A DNA stretch of 64,000 nucleotides from Kiritimatiellia bacterium (GTDB lineage Bacteria > Verrucomicrobiota > Kiritimatiellia > RFP12 > UBA1067). The stretch lies in contig JAFXTB010000068.1 in NCBI GenBank assembly GCA_017525225.1, positions 14,526-78,525 on the forward strand, given 5' to 3'. Of the stretch, positions 1 to 8,144 are shown piece after piece (positions within the stretch are counted from its first letter, which is position 1; every line of letters starts with the position of its first letter). The notes beneath the pieces are model-generated. The model was given only the letters and a program-made list of their open reading frames with translations. It had not been told where the DNA came from and did not search any database. The translations under genes and the position numbers were made by a program.

Positions 1-1365
1 GCGCAACGGAAGACGGGCGATGCGGTCCCTCATCTCGTTGATGACCGACTCGTCTATTTCCCGTTTCCGCTTGACTTCAACAACGTATGCCGTCATAGGG
101 GTCTGTATCAGAAGATCGATTTGGCATCCCCCCTTCCCGCCCTTCGCATCGCGCCGCATGTTACGGTATGGCGCAGCAGACTCCACTATCGAATTTCCGA
201 GGTGAAGATACGGAATCAGCGACATCGCGTTGTTGACAATCAGATTCTCGAACTGAAGTCCCATCACGGCGTTCCATTCAGGAAGCGTTCCAAGCGACGC
301 GAACCTGAAACTTCCCGCCTCAATTTGCGGCTTTCGAGGCTTTACGTACTTCAGGTAGAAACGAGTGTAGTTGTCCTTCAGGCGGTATTTCCCCGTTCTC
401 ATACTTTCGCCAGTCGCGGGGTTGAGTCCGGGGTCGTCGGACAAAAATCCACCCTCCTTCAGTTCGCGGAGCGCGGACGCCATGCGTCCGCTTCGCTTCA
501 TCCCAAGGCGAACGGACAGTTCCGAGCCGGACATTGGACCGTCCGCCAACGATTCGAGAATGCGCCGCTTGAAATCCACGTCCGCACCGAATATCGGGCT
601 GAATATCGCATCGAAGTCCTTGTAGAGCTCGCCGCTCGTCGAGAAATACATCCGCCTGATGTTCTCCTCGGCGGAAAGCCCCGGATCGATTTCTTCGAGG
701 TAGCGCGGTATGCCGCCCGTGACGGACAGCACGTCAAATATCTCGCGAACGGAAACACTGTCCTTGGCGCCACGCCAGAACTCGGCGCATTCCTCGAGAT
801 TCAGTTCGGGAAGGACATAGTCACGAGAGAACCTCCCCGTAAAGCCGGTGTTGTCCAGAATGTTCTCCTTGATCCATGCCGATACCGAACCGCACACGGC
901 TACGACAAGTCTTGGGTGACGGTGGAAGTACGTCTCCCACGCGGTGCGTAATGCACCAGGATAGTTGATGTCATATCCGCCCATCCACGAGACCTCGTCC
1001 AAAAGTACGACCGTGCGCCTATCGTCGTCAATCTGTCCGTCAAGCCGATGGAACGCCTCTATCCAGTTGGCGACGGGTTCGCTTGATGCGTTGGTCTGCT
1101 CTGCGAGCGCAGATACAAAATGGTCAAGCTGCCGCTGATTTGTCATTTCCTTGTCTGGCGGCAACCCTTCAACCTCGATGTATGCGCTGGAAGTCCGCCG
1201 GGCGAATTCTCGTATCAACGTCGATTTGCCAATGCGCCGCCTCCCACGACAGGCAATAAAGGAACTCGTCGCTTTTCTCCAAAGCGATTCAAGGTCGTCA
1301 AGATACTCTCTCCGACCAATAAAATGCACGAAATTCGGATTCTTGCTGTTTTGTTTTTTTAACAT
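1..1365 (-). CDS. AAA+ ATPase (archaeal-ATPase / DUF234-type), 3' end runs off the left edge
   Basis: Not in the ORF track because it is incomplete. Hand translation from the ATG at 1365..1363 reads MLKKQNSKNPNFVHFIGRREYLDDLESLW... Walker A is 'GRRRIGKST' and a Walker B-like segment is 'VVLLDEVSWM'. The frame is open for 455 codons down to position 1. Confidence 0.75.
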   Translation of the reverse strand, partial: MLKKQNSKNPNFVHFIGRREYLDDLESLWRKATSSFIACRGRRRIGKSTLIREFARRTSSAYIEVEGLPPDKEMTNQRQLDHFVSALAEQTNASSEPVANWIEAFHRLDGQIDDDRRTVVLLDEVSWMGGYDINYPGALRTAWETYFHRHPRLVVAVCGSVSAWIKENILDNTGFTGRFSRDYVLPELNLEECAEFWRGAKDSVSVREIFDVLSVTGGIPRYLEEIDPGLSAEENIRRMYFSTSGELYKDFDAIFSPIFGADVDFKRRILESLADGPMSGSELSVRLGMKRSGRMASALRELKEGGFLSDDPGLNPATGESMRTGKYRLKDNYTRFYLKYVKPRKPQIEAGSFRFASLGTLPEWNAVMGLQFENLIVNNAMSLIPYLHLGNSIVESAAPYRNMRRDAKGGKGGCQIDLLIQTPMTAYVVEVKRKREIDESVINEMRDRIARLPLR

Positions 1366-1372
1366 ATCGCGT

Positions 1373-1401
1373 ATTATATCACTTTTTACCCAACATATCA
1401 A
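1373..1401 (-). promoter_or_regulatory. sigma70-type promoter for the ATPase gene, apparently leaderless
   Basis: Minus strand reads TTGATA (1401..1396), a 17-nt spacer, then TGATATAAT (1381..1373). Only 7 nt (acgcgat) separate the -10 from the ATG at 1365. Confidence 0.5.
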
Positions 1402-1408
1402 CAACGAA

Positions 1409-1443
1409 TGTCACGAAATTCAAAAATCCCGAATTTCGTGACA
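1409..1443 (-). terminator. 13-bp perfect inverted repeat; candidate terminator of the upstream Zn-ribbon operon or operator of the ATPase promoter
   Basis: TGTCACGAAATTC (1409-1421) and GAATTTCGTGACA (1431-1443) flank a 9-nt loop. On the minus strand the hairpin is followed by the U-rich UUCGUUGUUG and abuts the -35. Confidence 0.45.
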
Positions 1444-1604
1444 TTGCCTGCGACACTACCACAGACCTCATACATCCTTGGATGACCGCCTAACTGCGAA
1501 CGCCGCCATTTTGGCGGTGGGTTCTAACGGCCTTAAAGCCTTTACGGTCCTTAAAGCCATTGAGAACCAGCCATTTGACAAGGTTCGGACTCCGGCCGCA
1601 CCGT

Positions 1605-1829
1605 CTACGGCATCTCCACCTTCACCTTGAAGAACCTATGCAGGGAGTTGGTGGGATAACACCATTCACCGTCCAAAAGCGATTCTTTGCCATATACTTT
1701 GTAGGTTAGTATGATACCGTTGGTGTTGAGGCCTGGCGACCATGTGACATGCGGTAATCCATCCACCATTTCAATCGCCGCCGTGAAAACGCTGTTCACA
1801 TTGGTGGGATCCCTACAAGCTATCCTCAT
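1605..1829 (-). CDS. small hypothetical protein (74 aa), last gene of the Zn-ribbon operon
   Basis: Its start overlaps the upstream stop in ATGA (1826-1829) and it has the same AT-rich composition. The C-terminal '...YKVYGKESLLDGEWCYPTNSLHRFFKVKV' resembles the terminal beta-sandwich motif also ending protein 61170..61910 ('QFFKVIG'). No signal peptide. Confidence 0.5.
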   Translation of the reverse strand: MRIACRDPTNVNSVFTAAIEMVDGLPHVTWSPGLNTNGIILTYKVYGKESLLDGEWCYPTNSLHRFFKVKVEMP

Positions 1830-2740
1830 CTCCCCGTCATTTTCGTGTATCCATCTATCAACATCCTGTCATGTATAAGACTTTCCGCTATCTCCTTGGG
1901 TAGTGTTCGCGGCCGTTCAATCTGATTTGTCCTACGATAATATACTATCTGGTATTTCGTCCATGTATTAACGTCAAGAAGCATTAGATCACATATCCCA
2001 CTGGTTTCGTCGAAATATGATTCCGTCAATCCCAATCTGGAAAGGTTCTGTCGATATCTGCTCTTGATATTCTCTAGTGCACCGTTTATGGCCTCTTTCG
2101 CACTTGCAGGAGATCTGTGGTTCGATGTCATAGATGATGCTCGCGATGGATTAGATGGCGAAGAATTTAGATTCTTGTAGTAGTCCTCTCTCTCCTTCTT
2201 TAAGGCTTTATTTCTTTGGTCGGTTTCATCTATTATAGCCTGTGCCTCTGCATATGGCTTATACGGCTCATTGAGCGGTATGTATTCTGGTGATTCTGGT
2301 GAATCCACCTCTCGTTGTCGATAATCATCCTCCTTGTTACCGGACATGGTAAAAACACATATCAACAAAACTATAAAACAACCTCCGATAATCCATGCCA
2401 ACGAAATTCTGTTATTCATAGTTGATAGGCCAACTATCCGTCTCGGCAAATTCCATTCTACGTATTTTCTTCGAGCCTCCTCAAAACACTTCCTGCTAGT
2501 TTCAAAAGCGACGCCCGCGACTTTTTTGACTCTAGTTTGCTGAGACCTCCAATCAATATTCTTAACCCTTTCATAGACAGTGCCCGTTTTGACTCTAGTG
2601 GTATCTCTCATCGCCTTGGCCGTTAAAGTCCCTGCGACAAAACCCTTACCGCAGGATGCGCATTTGACGAACCTACCGTACTCGTTTTCCTCGGCGTCAT
2701 ATTCTGTTCCGCAATGGGGACATGCTATTTTCATTTGCAT
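1826..2740 (-). CDS. zinc-ribbon / single-TM membrane protein (304 aa from MQMKIACPHCG)
   Basis: N-terminal 'CPHCG-x17-CASCG' zinc ribbon and TM 'ISLAWIIGGCFIVLLICVFTM'. A strong RBS (GGAAAGGAAG) precedes the ATG at 2740, so the track start at 2788 is probably an extension. Carries the shared module 'SPEYIPLNEPYKPYAEAQAIIDE...KNLNSS'. Confidence 0.7.
   Translation of the reverse strand: MQMKIACPHCGTEYDAEENEYGRFVKCASCGKGFVAGTLTAKAMRDTTRVKTGTVYERVKNIDWRSQQTRVKKVAGVAFETSRKCFEEARRKYVEWNLPRRIVGLSTMNNRISLAWIIGGCFIVLLICVFTMSGNKEDDYRQREVDSPESPEYIPLNEPYKPYAEAQAIIDETDQRNKALKKEREDYYKNLNSSPSNPSRASSMTSNHRSPASAKEAINGALENIKSRYRQNLSRLGLTESYFDETSGICDLMLLDVNTWTKYQIVYYRRTNQIERPRTLPKEIAESLIHDRMLIDGYTKMTGR
2160..2297. 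repeat. copy 1 of a duplicated ~135-bp coding module shared by two adjacent genes
   Basis: Both ends are near-identical to 2982..3117 ('gaagaatttagattcttgt' and 'acggctcattgagcggtatgtattctgg'). The centre is diverged. Confidence 0.8.
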
Positions 2741-2875
2741 ACTTCCTTTCCTAGTATTCACAATGCGTCTCCCGTCCGACCTCCCCATATTTATTGTCTA
2801 TTGTTCTCTATCGTTCCTTCGGCGGAGATCCCTTGGCCTTAGCATCCGCCGATTTTGTAACTTCCCCTTTTCTGC

Positions 2876-5410
2876 CTAAGGCAGGCGTCCACTTGTGGTA
2901 TTTTCAGTCGCTCCCTCCATTGGAGCAGCCACTTCTGATGCCTCCTCGATTGAATGCCGTCTCCTACGCCTACGGGAAGTAGAAGAATTTAGATTCTTGT
3001 GATGGTCATCTCTCTTTTTCATTAACTCTCTGGAAGTTGCCTTAGCCTCATCAATTGCGGCCTGTTCCTCCGCAGTTGGCTTGTACGGCTCATTGAGCGG
3101 TATGTATTCTGGCGATTCCGACACAGACGCATGCTTGAGGCTCTTGTCCAGTTCCTTACGGTCATTGTTGGTTTTCTGCTGCAATATAGACTTCCCCTGA
3201 TTTACTTCTTTTACGCCACTTGATACCGATTTCTGTCCCAAATCGGACTTCTGCCCAGAAGTTTGGTTATCAGTCTCATCCTTATTACTAGAATCACCAC
3301 CTTTCATGGGTATTACATTTTGTCCGTCAGTCTTAGGTCTGTATGTAAAACCCCTGCCGTCACAACGGACACACTTGAATTTACCCTTACCGTTACAGTT
3401 CGAGCATGGCTCACCATTACCGCGTGACACTTCGCCAGAACCTCGACATCTGCCGCAAGTCTGCCATACCCCAACTTCACCACTGCCAAGGCAATTTTGA
3501 CAAGATTGTGGATAACCCCGGCCACTACCTCCGCAATTACTACATTGTTCTTTTGTGTCAAATCGTGCAGTACCATGCGAAACCCATACACGCCCCTTGC
3601 CACGACATGTTCCACATCTTTGTGTAATCCGACCAGTACCTCGGCAATGATCGCATTTGACTTGTTTTTTGACATAACCCTTACGTTCGCCATTACCACA
3701 TAGCGGGCACATTTCATGGTCATACACAACAATAGTTCCACTTCCCTTACAACGAGTACAATCAATGACACCTGTTCCACTACATAATGAACATTTCACC
3801 TTGCGTGATTCTAATTCTTTTGCCTCTTCTTCGGCACGTCGCTTCTCTTCTGCTACGGCTTTCTCAATGCGTCTTTTCTCTTCAATCGCCGCCCTTTCGA
3901 CTCGCTGACGGCTGTGAACCTTATAGCATTCCTCAAGAACACGCAATTTCACATCTAGCCGTTCCAATTCACGGTCAAGCCGTAACTGTTCAGTCTCAAT
4001 TTCTTCCAGTTTACTGGATGTCGAAAGGAGATGATTGTTATGCGGGATTACCTCCGTTTTTGTATCGGCAGTAGGATTGACTCGAATCGCCTCCTGACAC
4101 CCGAAATCATCACTCACCCCTCGGTTCAGAAATCTATTAATGTTCGCTATACGAGTTGAAATCATCTTACTTGTTTCAATGACATGATTAAGCCGTTTTT
4201 CCTTCTCTTTTTGCTCGCGTACCGCATTTTCTTCCTCTTCTGCCCTTCTTCTGGCTTCTTCTTTCTCTGACAACCGTTTGCGGGCGATTTTTTCATCCAT
4301 CTCTCGCATAACACGATAAATGCTACCATAAATCTCTACTGTACCACAGCAAACATATACACATGGCAATCCACTTAGAAGTCGAGGCCGACTTCGCCGA
4401 GTATTCAAAAACACATCACATCCTGAAAAATGTACTAGAGTTCCTGGCCGCCTATGTATTCTGCAATAAGATTGGCGAGCTTCTACTGGCCCAAGCGCTT
4501 CCAGATGGCCAGTCTCTCCATGCGTTGTATCTAACCCCGCAAAAGCATAGGCAGTTCCAATCTGGGGTCCGTTTCGTAGATTTTGAACAGAAGCGTCAAT
4601 AAGTGGACATTTTCTCTCATTGACATCTTCTATGTCGAACCAAAGAGGTCCAGTGATTAACCGAACAAGTATTGTTGCAATTATGTAACATACAATAACC
4701 ACAAATACCGAACGCCGTCTGCCTGGCGGGGATTGCATCACTCCAACATAATGGTATTGATACCAAGCACCGCAAGGTCGTGCGATGAGCAACGAGATAA
4801 TGGCTATGCTAGCGACTGATTGCATGAGAATACCGATAAAATCGTTCGGCCCCCAATTCCATACAGTTACAGCATAGATTGCACCAAGTATGCTGACGAC
4901 ATTCCCTATGTAACCGCAAATAATTGTCGTCCACCTAAACCAATTCCACTTGAGTAACATCCATGCGAAAAACATTGAAAACGAGAGCCCTATTCCCATG
5001 CCAATAGCACGTAACAACCATTGATAACCGAAAAACATTGGCGGCGGGAGACCTATTTCCATGCCAATAGCAATAGCAGGTAACCACCAGTGATAATCGA
5101 AGTCACAAGGGCAGATAGGCCACGTAGTAATTCCACCTATCGCCATCCATGCTACACAAATCCTAATCTGCCATGGTGCCGCCATAAATAATCGACGTAT
5201 ACTTTCATGCTCTGCTGAAACACGAACCTCTACGTCTTTCGGCATGTTCGTACAATCTGCAGAAGCGTCTCGTGGAATTGCAACATTCGTACCACAATAA
5301 GGACATCCCTGCATGCGTCCCTTAGCAAGATCGTCGGCAAACATTTGTTTGCCGCACTGCGGACAAATGAACTTAAAAGTCCTTCCCCCTATCTGCTTTT
5401 GAACCATCAT
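2876..5410 (-). CDS. 844-aa polytopic membrane protein: zinc ribbon, ~6 TM, coiled coil, 10x DnaJ-type CxxCxGxG cysteine-rich domain
   Basis: N-terminal 'CPQCG-x15-CPYCG' and hydrophobic segments at aa ~76-255. A Glu/Arg/Lys-rich coiled coil spans aa ~370-535. Aa 540-687 hold CSLCSGTG, CTRCKGSG, CPLCGNGE, CDHCRGTG, CGTCRGKG, CSNCGGSG, CQNCLGSG, CGRCRGSG, CSNCNGKG and CVRCDGRG. The tail has the shared module 'SPEYIPLNEPYKPTAEEQAAIDE...KNLNSS' followed by RRRRRR. Confidence 0.8.
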   Translation of the reverse strand: MMVQKQIGGRTFKFICPQCGKQMFADDLAKGRMQGCPYCGTNVAIPRDASADCTNMPKDVEVRVSAEHESIRRLFMAAPWQIRICVAWMAIGGITTWPICPCDFDYHWWLPAIAIGMEIGLPPPMFFGYQWLLRAIGMGIGLSFSMFFAWMLLKWNWFRWTTIICGYIGNVVSILGAIYAVTVWNWGPNDFIGILMQSVASIAIISLLIARPCGAWYQYHYVGVMQSPPGRRRSVFVVIVCYIIATILVRLITGPLWFDIEDVNERKCPLIDASVQNLRNGPQIGTAYAFAGLDTTHGETGHLEALGPVEARQSYCRIHRRPGTLVHFSGCDVFLNTRRSRPRLLSGLPCVYVCCGTVEIYGSIYRVMREMDEKIARKRLSEKEEARRRAEEEENAVREQKEKEKRLNHVIETSKMISTRIANINRFLNRGVSDDFGCQEAIRVNPTADTKTEVIPHNNHLLSTSSKLEEIETEQLRLDRELERLDVKLRVLEECYKVHSRQRVERAAIEEKRRIEKAVAEEKRRAEEEAKELESRKVKCSLCSGTGVIDCTRCKGSGTIVVYDHEMCPLCGNGERKGYVKKQVKCDHCRGTGRITQRCGTCRGKGRVWVSHGTARFDTKEQCSNCGGSGRGYPQSCQNCLGSGEVGVWQTCGRCRGSGEVSRGNGEPCSNCNGKGKFKCVRCDGRGFTYRPKTDGQNVIPMKGGDSSNKDETDNQTSGQKSDLGQKSVSSGVKEVNQGKSILQQKTNNDRKELDKSLKHASVSESPEYIPLNEPYKPTAEEQAAIDEAKATSRELMKKRDDHHKNLNSSTSRRRRRRHSIEEASEVAAPMEGATENTTSGRLP
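2982..3117. repeat. copy 2 of the duplicated ~135-bp coding module
   Basis: See 2160..2297. Encodes 'SESPEYIPLNEPYKPTAEEQAAIDEAKATSRELMKKRDDHHKNLNSS'. Confidence 0.8.
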
Positions 5411-6072
5411 GCACCTACTTTTTGCTGTTTAGAATAGTAGTTTAGAATAGTAATTGCAATATAACGAAATCCTAGATATCCAATTGGCATAGAGATAAAT
5501 GTTCCGATACCCATGCTTATTCGACATATCATGTCCAGATCCACACCACTGACACCAAGAATAAAACCTAGTATACCACAAAACACTACGGCTGCAATTA
5601 TCGTAGCCAAGGAATAGACAAGCCAGGCGACAAAATACTTCCATTCAGAGATATGACTTGTACCACCTAAAGGTACATAAGGTGAATATAGGTTTGACTT
5701 GGCATGCTGTTTTGGTGTATCCAACTGCTTTTCCGATTCACCGATAATAAATTTCCTTCCACACACTCCACAAATTGTACTGCGATACATGTCCTTCTTT
5801 TCTACAGTGTATTCCGCCCCACAGTACGGACATTTTGCCTGTGGACAATCGTTTTGATTCAATAACTTATTACGATTACCTTTTTGGTTTGGATCTCCTT
5901 GATAATGGTCTCGTGATATTGCCTCTGGAGGTTTTCTAACCCCAAGCCTCGATTTGCCGTGAGGCACTACAATTCCTTTACCACAGTGTGGACATTCCGC
6001 CACCTGACCACGAGACGACTCATCTGCAGCCACCATTTGCCCACATTGCGGACACTTGAATTCGATGTTCAT
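5407..6072 (-). CDS. double zinc-ribbon membrane protein (221 aa), first gene of the AT-rich operon
   Basis: 'CPQCG-x14-CPHCG' and 'CPYCG-x15-CGVCG' ribbons, plus C-terminal TM helices 'YFVAWLVYSLATIIAAVVFCGILGFILGV' and 'ISMGIGTFISMPIGYLGF'. RBS AAAGGAGAA lies upstream. Its stop overlaps the next start in ATGA (5407-5410). Confidence 0.75.
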   Translation of the reverse strand: MNIEFKCPQCGQMVAADESSRGQVAECPHCGKGIVVPHGKSRLGVRKPPEAISRDHYQGDPNQKGNRNKLLNQNDCPQAKCPYCGAEYTVEKKDMYRSTICGVCGRKFIIGESEKQLDTPKQHAKSNLYSPYVPLGGTSHISEWKYFVAWLVYSLATIIAAVVFCGILGFILGVSGVDLDMICRISMGIGTFISMPIGYLGFRYIAITILNYYSKQQKVGA

Positions 6073-6106
6073 TTTTTCGTTCTCCTTTCAAAATCCTTTT
6101 GTACCT

Positions 6107-6117
6107 ACTCTACCGAA
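6107..6117 (-). promoter_or_regulatory. weak candidate -10 (TTCGGTAGAGT) for the Zn-ribbon operon
   Basis: Degenerate version of the window-wide TTTGnTAnAAT element, 34 nt upstream of the ATG at 6072. Confidence 0.3.
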
Positions 6118-6549
6118 CAACGCCACTTCGGCACAAAAAGAAAGCGGCGCACCCTCGAAACCCTGTTTCCGAGAGGCACCACTACGAGCCTGGATGAAGC
6201 AGAAGAAAGAGGTTGCGCCGCATGATTGCCACACGGCGCAACACCGTATTTTCGCCTCATCCGTGAATAGTAGTGGTTTCCCGGAAGCTTCAATACGCTG
6301 TTGCGTATGTGTCGAAGTCCCGGATGGGATTCTTCGACCCCTCGCTCCGCTGCCCATTGCCGACACAGCTTACACGAGGTTTTGCCCTTCGCCTCCTGAT
6401 GCGGAAGCGTGAGATCACGCCACCATACCGTTGGCTTAGGACCGACAGCGGGAGCAATCGGCCTCCCGCCTATATCAAAGATCAATTCGTCCCGTTTTTG
6501 CGGAACGGTGGAATTATAGCAGATTTGCCGGTTGTCTGAAAGCCTAAAG

Positions 6550-6581
6550 ATATCCATGCAGAATTTCCTCTACATGGATAT
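6550..6581 (-). terminator. possible weak terminator after the kinase gene
   Basis: ATATCCATG (6550-6558) and CATGGATAT (6573-6581) form a 9-bp AU-rich stem with a 14-nt loop, followed by CUUUAGGCUUUC on the minus strand. Confidence 0.25.
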
Positions 6582-6614
6582 TTCCCTTTACCCCTGAAAT
6601 CTGACAGGGAAGAA

Positions 6615-8144
6615 TCAATAAGAAGAAGGAATTCCCTTCCGCATGACCTCCAAGGCGAACTTCTTGTCTTCCTTGCGTACTTCCTCGTAGGAGTCCGGGC
6701 CACGAAAGCGGAATAACGGCGTTCCGTTCCCTTTGAAGCTGTCCACCCAAATGTTCTTGTAATCACGATCCGCCGGAGGGTCGAGGTTCTTGAAGTTCAG
6801 ATAGCATGCGCCGTTGAGAACATATTTCATACTTGATTCTGGATAAGGTGTTGAGGTAAGGTTTATCAGTACCGCATGGTCATTCAGTTCAAGACTCACC
6901 TCTCGTGAACCTGTGATAGACGCAGTAATACGGCCTGGCCCAATCAGTTCAATCTTGCGTTTTCCCTCCAACTTCACTTCCCCGGGAACCACTATGTCGC
7001 GTCCACCTAACGACATATGTGTGACAAACATTCCATTTTCAAATTTAGTCTCACCTAGCTCAAGAAAGTTTTCTGCCGTTTTCGGCGCGATTTGAGAAAT
7101 TTCATTCGGTTTTATATTTTCCTCATGGGGGCTGTCCCCTTTTTCACGGGGACTGTCCCCATCGTAAATAGGTTGCGGACGCGCGGGACGCGCGTCCCTA
7201 CCGTAGTTTGCGACTGTCTCTTTTTGTGATATGACTGCTGTTTCCGGAGGCGTATCTGGTTTCGCCGGCTTAGTTGCATCTTTGCGGAAACAGATTGTTG
7301 CGAAGGCAACAACTGCCATGATGGCAATCGCGGCGAACCACCAATGCCAGACATGACGACGACGGATTGCCCTTTCAAATTCAGAGACGGAAGAATACCG
7401 TTGTTCCGGGATCGAGCAGGTCGAACGGCGGATGATCTTCGTCCATGCTTGCGGCGGATTACCACCAAAGCAGGCATTCGCCAACATACCTAGAGCATGG
7501 ATGTCGGTCGCAGGACCGATCTTGCCGCCCGCGAATTGTTCCGGTGCGGAAAACCCCGGCGTACCTACGCCTACGGCATGACCATCTACAACCGACACCG
7601 TATCGTTGCAGGCCTGTAGCGTATCGTCACTCTCCTTGGCAAGCCCCATGTCGATGAGTACGCTTTCGCCCGTAGCTGGGCGCGTCATCACATTGCGTGG
7701 CTTTATGTCCCGATGCACGAATCCACAGCGATGCAGTTCTTCAACACCCGCCGCCACATGCAGTATGAATCGCGCCACGGCCGTATCTGTTTCCGGGAGC
7801 GGCATCGGTTCCAGAAGTTCCTCGGCAATGTAGAAACGTCCGTTGGCATTACCCGCCTCATAGAACTTTGGAAACGACGCACATCGCATTTCGGCGAGAA
7901 GACGAGCCTCGCGCCGGAACCGCTCACGGGTTCTGTCGTCCGTTCTGCAAAGTATCTTCAACGCGGCTACGAAGCCTGTCGTTTCGTTTTCTGCACGATA
8001 GACCTCGGAGCTTCCGCCGCGTCCGAGAAAAGCTCGAATCATCCATCCACCTACACGGTCGCCGCAAGCAAGAATCGGCGGTTCCTCGAAAGGCCCGTGC
8101 GACCGGAGAAACCCCTCTATCTCTTCATCAGCGACATCAGACAT
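6615..8144 (-). CDS. membrane-anchored Hanks-type Ser/Thr protein kinase with extracytoplasmic C-terminal domain
   Basis: Gly-loop 'GRGGSSEVY', 'VAALK', catalytic loop 'HRDIKPRNV', 'DMGLA' (DFG variant) and 'GTPGFSAPE'. TM is 'WHWWFAAIAIMAVVAFATICF'. A ~210-aa C-terminal domain has no motif I recognise. Confidence 0.9.
   Translation of the reverse strand: MSDVADEEIEGFLRSHGPFEEPPILACGDRVGGWMIRAFLGRGGSSEVYRAENETTGFVAALKILCRTDDRTRERFRREARLLAEMRCASFPKFYEAGNANGRFYIAEELLEPMPLPETDTAVARFILHVAAGVEELHRCGFVHRDIKPRNVMTRPATGESVLIDMGLAKESDDTLQACNDTVSVVDGHAVGVGTPGFSAPEQFAGGKIGPATDIHALGMLANACFGGNPPQAWTKIIRRSTCSIPEQRYSSVSEFERAIRRRHVWHWWFAAIAIMAVVAFATICFRKDATKPAKPDTPPETAVISQKETVANYGRDARPARPQPIYDGDSPREKGDSPHEENIKPNEISQIAPKTAENFLELGETKFENGMFVTHMSLGGRDIVVPGEVKLEGKRKIELIGPGRITASITGSREVSLELNDHAVLINLTSTPYPESSMKYVLNGACYLNFKNLDPPADRDYKNIWVDSFKGNGTPLFRFRGPDSYEEVRKEDKKFALEVMRKGIPSSY

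Noticed and set aside
121-951. 276-aa plus-strand ORF at the left end.
   Set aside because: It is antisense to the AAA ATPase gene (1..1365, minus), whose hand translation shows Walker A/B motifs. The plus-strand product has no recognisable features.
6105-6557. 150-aa minus-strand ORF in the kinase / zinc-ribbon spacer, with faint HNH-like Cys/His spacing.
   Set aside because: It has no RBS, no signal or TM, and no motif I can match with confidence. It is kept only as a note inside the spacer finding.
1366-6614. Search for mobile-element hallmarks (integrase, transposase, tRNA target, flanking direct repeats) around the AT-rich cassette.
   Set aside because: I found none by eye. The only nearby repeat is a short CCTTAAAGCC x2 at 1532-1559. 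The horizontal-transfer idea therefore rests on composition alone.
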